Assembly (NCBI GenBank): GCA_964016885.1
Contig: OZ024748.1
Coordinates: 45,632,001-45,696,000 of the forward strand
DNA length: 64,000 nt
Origin: Eledone cirrhosa
Lineage: Eukaryota
Direction: 5' to 3'
Shown here: piece after piece, positions 57,499 to 64,000 of the stretch
Numbering within the stretch: the first letter of the stretch is position 1
How the letters are laid out: every line of letters begins with the position of its first letter
The notes under the pieces: model-generated
Databases searched by the model: none
Seen by the model: the letters and a program-made list of their open reading frames with translations, nothing else
Told to the model about the DNA's origin: nothing
Position numbers and translations under genes: made by a program

Positions 57499-57789
57499 TG
57501 TCGTATATACATATATATGTATTTATATATATATATATATATATATATTTGTTTATATGTATATATATATGTGTATATATATATACATGTGTGTGTATAT
57601 ATATATATGTATATATATATATACATTAATATATATGTCTCCATGTGTATATATCTGTTTATATTTGTGTCTACTTATACACGCACACGCACACATAAAC
57701 AAACACACACACATAAACATACACACACACACTTATATATATATATAATATGTATAAATATGTATGTATGTGTATATATGTGTGTACTA

Positions 57790-57827
<38 letters not shown>

Positions 57828-58213
57828 ACGAAGGAAGTGTGGTAAGGAACCAGATGGACCATAATGCACCAGAGTACTCCAACTTAGGGTAGTAGAGTGG
57901 GTAATAGTAAAAAGTTTAATCCCGACGGCAGAGCTCAAGCCATTTCGACGGCTATTTCTGCACTAAATAAACATTTTTAGCGTGGTAATAAATAGCCGAA
58001 CTTTTGATGGGGTATTTCTTCGTGGTAGATGGCAGGTGGGGTGGCTGAATTTGCCTGTAGAACAATCTTCACATATAAGGAATTACCCCTTGAAAAGTTC
58101 GGGTATTTATTACCACGCTAAACATTTTAATTTAGTCCAGAAATAGCTGTCGAAACGGCTTGAGCTCTGCCATCGGGGTTAAATCTTTTCATATCTATCT
58201 ATATATATATATA

Positions 58214-58264
<51 letters not shown>

Positions 58265-58556
58265 TATAAATTATGTCCTTAGAATCATTTGATAAGATAT
58301 ATACACTATTTCCTCTCCCAATCAACATAATAAACCACACAAAAAACCAGGCTATAAGATTAAAAGGCACCTGTGAAGAAATAATAGAAAAATAAACGAT
58401 AGCCATTTATTCGCGGTCAACAGCCATAGAATATTTACCCATCATTTCAATAGCACGATTAAATATATCGTTAACAATACACAATTAGGTATAAAATTAA
58501 AGTTAGAAGAAAACATGCATATACACATACCAGGATTACGTTTCTACCCTTATATG

Positions 58557-59781
<1,225 letters not shown>

Positions 59782-60371
59782 CACACATGTATATATAGGA
59801 TGATATGCGATAAGTCGTTGGCAGAAGATTAGAACCAGATACAGTTAACACACAATCTGGAATCGATTATCTCCTCAGTTTACACGTAATTGATATATAG
59901 TTGATTGATTATACATTCCTTCTCTATATTGATTGATTTCCTCAATCAATGTCCTGTATCAATCCGAATTCAATCAGTATTTGAATCGATCATCCTCCAG
60001 GTCTTCAATATCAATGCACAGACGCTCCCCAACCTGCACACACACAAATTCATATTTACATATACACTCATATATACACTCACACACTTGCACACACACA
60101 CTCATACACACACACATACACGTTTACACACTCTCCTATACATTCTCACCCTCACCTACAAGCACACCAACAGGGATACACACACACATATACATGCATA
60201 TAAACACACACAGACAGTCATATACATGTACATTTTCTCTCTCTCTCTTATACTTGTTCATTCTATATATCAGTTCTTTCTCATCTCTCTCTCTTTCTCT
60301 CTCTCTCTGTATATATATACATCTCTCTCTCCTTTTTCTTCTCTATCTCTCTCTCTCTATATATATATACA

Positions 60372-60412
<41 letters not shown>

Positions 60413-60959
60413 GTATATATATACATCTCTCTTCTTCTCTCTCCCCCCTCTTTCTTCTCTATCTCTATCTCTCTGTATATATATACAGCTCTCTTCCTCT
60501 CTATCTCCTCCCTCTTTCTTCTCTATCTCTCTCTCTCTATATATATACATCTCTCTATCTTTCTCTCTCTCTCTCTGTATATATATACATCTCTCTTTCT
60601 CTCTCTCCCCCCTCTTTCTTCTCTCTCTCTCTCTCTGTATATATACATCTCTCTTCCTCTCTCTCTCCCCCCTCTTTCTTCTCTCACACTCTCTCTGTAT
60701 ATATACATCTCTCTTCCTCTCTCTCCCCCCTCCTTCTTCTCTATCCCTCTCTCTCTATATATATACATCTCTCTCTCTTCCTCTCTCTCTCTCTCTCTCT
60801 CAATATAAACACGAAAGTAGATTGAAAAGTTGATCGACTGATTATGAAGGAGTGATGCTAGGGCTGTGAAATCTCGCATGCATTAATTTCAACTAATTAA
60901 TAACTGCATTGAAAAATAAACCTTATTTGGTCATTCCATGAGAGTAACTTGGTCACTCT

Positions 60960-63900
60960 ATAACAACCACGACGCCTACGACGACAACAACCACCACCAC
61001 TACCACTAACAACACCACCCCAGCACCACCTCTAGCACCACCACCACCACCACTACCACTAACAGCACCACCCCAGCACCACCTCTAGCACCACCACCAC
61101 TACCACTAACAGCACCACCCCAGCACCACCTCTAGCACCACCACCACCACCACCACCACTAACAGCACCATCACCAGCACCACCTCTACCACCACCAGCA
61201 CCACCACCACCAACAGTATCCCCTGCCACCAGTTTCACCACCAACACCATCATCAGCACCATCATCATCTCAACCTCGACACACCCTCGCCACCACTAGC
61301 ACAGCCACCACGGCCAATAGCATCAACACCACCACCGCCATCACCACCACCACCACCATCACCATAACTAGCACCACTCGCACCATCAGCATCACCACCA
61401 ACATCACCACCACTACCACTAGCACCACCAACACCACCAACACCATCTCAATCACCAGCACCCCCACCACCACCACCACCACCATCCCCACCATCAGCGG
61501 TATCACCCATCACGAAAAACACCAAAACACCACCAGCATCATCGTCAGCACCATCACCACCACCAGTATCACCCACCACCAGTATCACCCACCACCAGCA
61601 CCACCCCACCACCACCAGCACCACCACCCCACCACCACCAGTATCATCCCCCACCAGCACCACCCCACCACCACCAGTATCACCCACCACCAGCACCACC
61701 ACCCCACCACCACCAGTATCATCCCTCACCAGCACCACCCCACCACCACCAGTATCACCACCACCAGTACCACCCCACCACCACCAGTATCATCCACCAC
61801 CAGCACCACCCCACCACCACCAGTATCACCCACCACCAGCACCACCACCCACCACCACCAGTATCACCCACCACCAGCACCACCACCTCACCACCACCAG
61901 TATCACCACCACAAGCACCACCACCCCACCACCACTAGTAACATCCCCCACCAGCACCACCCCACCACCACCAGTATCATCCACCACCAGCACCACCCCA
62001 CCACCACCAGTATCACCCACCACCAGCACCACCACCCCACCACCACCAGTATCACCCACCACCAGCACCACCACCCCACCACCACCAGTATCACCCACCA
62101 CCAGTATCACCCACCACCAGCACCACCACCCCACCACCACCAGTATCACCCACCACCAGTATCACCCACCACCAGCACCACCACCCCACCACCACCAGTA
62201 TCACCCACCACCAGCACCACCACCCCACCACCACCAGTATCACCACCATCAGCGGTATCACCCATCACGAAAAACACCAAAACACCACCAGCATCATCGT
62301 CAGCACCATCACCACCACCCCACCACCACCAGTATCACCCACCACCAGTATCACCCACCACCAGCACCACCCCCCACCACCAGCACCACCCCACCACCAC
62401 CAGTATCACCCACCACCAGCACCACCCCACCACCACCAGCACCACCCCACCACCAACAGTATCACCACCACCAGTACCACCCCACCACCACCAGTATCAT
62501 CCATCACCAGCACCACCCCACCACCACCAGTATCACCCAACACCAGCACCACCACCCCACCACCACCAGTATCACCCACCACCAGAGGCACCACCTCACC
62601 ACCACCAGTATCACCACCACCAGCACCACCACCCCACCACCACCAGTATCATCCCCCACCAGCACCACCCCACCACCACCAGTATCATCCACCACCAGCA
62701 CCACCCCACCACCACTAGTATCACCCACCACCAGCACCACCACCAGTATCACCCACCACCAGCACCACCCCACCACCACCAGTATCACCCACCACCAGCA
62801 CCACCCCACCACCACCAGTATCACCCACCACCAGCACCACCACCCCACCACCACCAGTATCATCCCCCACCAGCACCACCCCACCACCACCAGTATCACC
62901 CACCACCAGCACCACCACCCCATCACCTCCAGTATCACCCACCACCAGCACCACCCCACCACCACCAGTATCACCCACCACCAGCACCACCCCACCACCA
63001 CCAGTATCATCACCCACCAGCACCACCCCACCACCAGTATCACCCACCACCAGCACCACCACCCCACCACCACCAGTATCACCCACCACCAGCACCACCC
63101 CACCACCACCAGTATCACCCACCACCAGCACCACCCCACCACCACCAGTATCATCCCCCACCAGCACCACCCCACCACCAGTATCACCCACCACCAGCAC
63201 CACCACCCCACCACCACCAGTATCATCCCCCACCAGCACCACCCCACCACCACCAGTATCACCACCACCAGCACAACCACCCCACCACCACCAGTATCAC
63301 CCACCACCAGCACCACCACCCCACCACCAGTATCACCCACCACCAGCACCACCACCCCACCACCAGTATCACCCACCACCAGCACCACCACCCCACCACC
63401 ACCAGTATCATCCACCACCAGCACCACCCCACCACCACCAGTATCACCACCACCAGCACCACCACCCCACCACCACCAGTATCACCCACCACCAGCACCA
63501 CCACCCCACCACCAGTATCACCCACCACCAGCACCACCACCCCACCACAACCAGTATCATCCACCACCAGCACCACCCCACCACCACCAGTATCACCCAC
63601 CACCAGCACCACCACCCCACCACCACCAGGACCACCCCACCCCCACCAGTATCACCCACCACCACCAGCACCACCCCACCACCACCAGTATCACCCATCA
63701 CCACCAGCACCACCCCACCACCACCAGTATCACCCACCACCACCAGCACCACCCCACCACCACCATCACCACCCCACCCCACCAGTATCACCCACCACCA
63801 GCACCACCCCACCACCACCAGTATCACCCACCACCACCAGCACCACCCCACCACCACCAGCACCACCACCCCACCACCAGTATCACCCACCACCAGCACC

Positions 63901-64000
63901 ACCCCACCACCACCACCAGTATCACCCACCACCAGCACCACCACCCCACCACCCCACCACCACCAGCACCACCACCCCACCACCACCAGTATCACCCACC
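60960..64000. repeat. (CCA)n-based compound satellite (accaccagtatcacccaccaccagcaccacccc)
   Basis: Directly visible; extends past the end of the window. Confidence 0.95.

Noticed and set aside
61059-63995. Gly/Val/Trp-rich ORFs
   Set aside because: Satellite with frequent frame-breaking indels.

Overview
Eukaryotic, very AT-rich, microsatellite-dense genomic DNA. The neuropeptide and repeat content suggest a cephalopod, probably Octopus (inference). Only one host gene is convincing: a two-coding-exon LFRFamide-family neuropeptide precursor on +. Its signal-peptide exon (8885-8969) splices in phase 1 to 12991-13463, giving 185 aa and seven amidated FRF/FRY peptides. A 39-bp minisatellite lies in its intron. 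The rest is transposon-derived: R4/Dong-like LINEs in (TAA)n, Tx1/L1-like LINEs in (GATA)n/(GA)n, RTE fragments, tRNA-derived SINEs, hAT and mariner MITEs, and an N gap. The most notable structure, not shown by the ORF track, is about 20 short elements between (TA)n tracts. Most are asymmetric foldbacks with one long and one short arm, and two are partial direct tandems. Many carry type-I hammerhead ribozyme motifs, including core variants (U3-A8 covariation, C4) and palindromic mini-stem III. Two contain Penelope-like GIY-YIG endonuclease remnants. I read these as a diverse, (TA)n-targeted community of Penelope-like elements and retrozyme-like derivatives. All structures were read by eye, repeat boundaries are approximate, and most listed ORFs are low-complexity artefacts.
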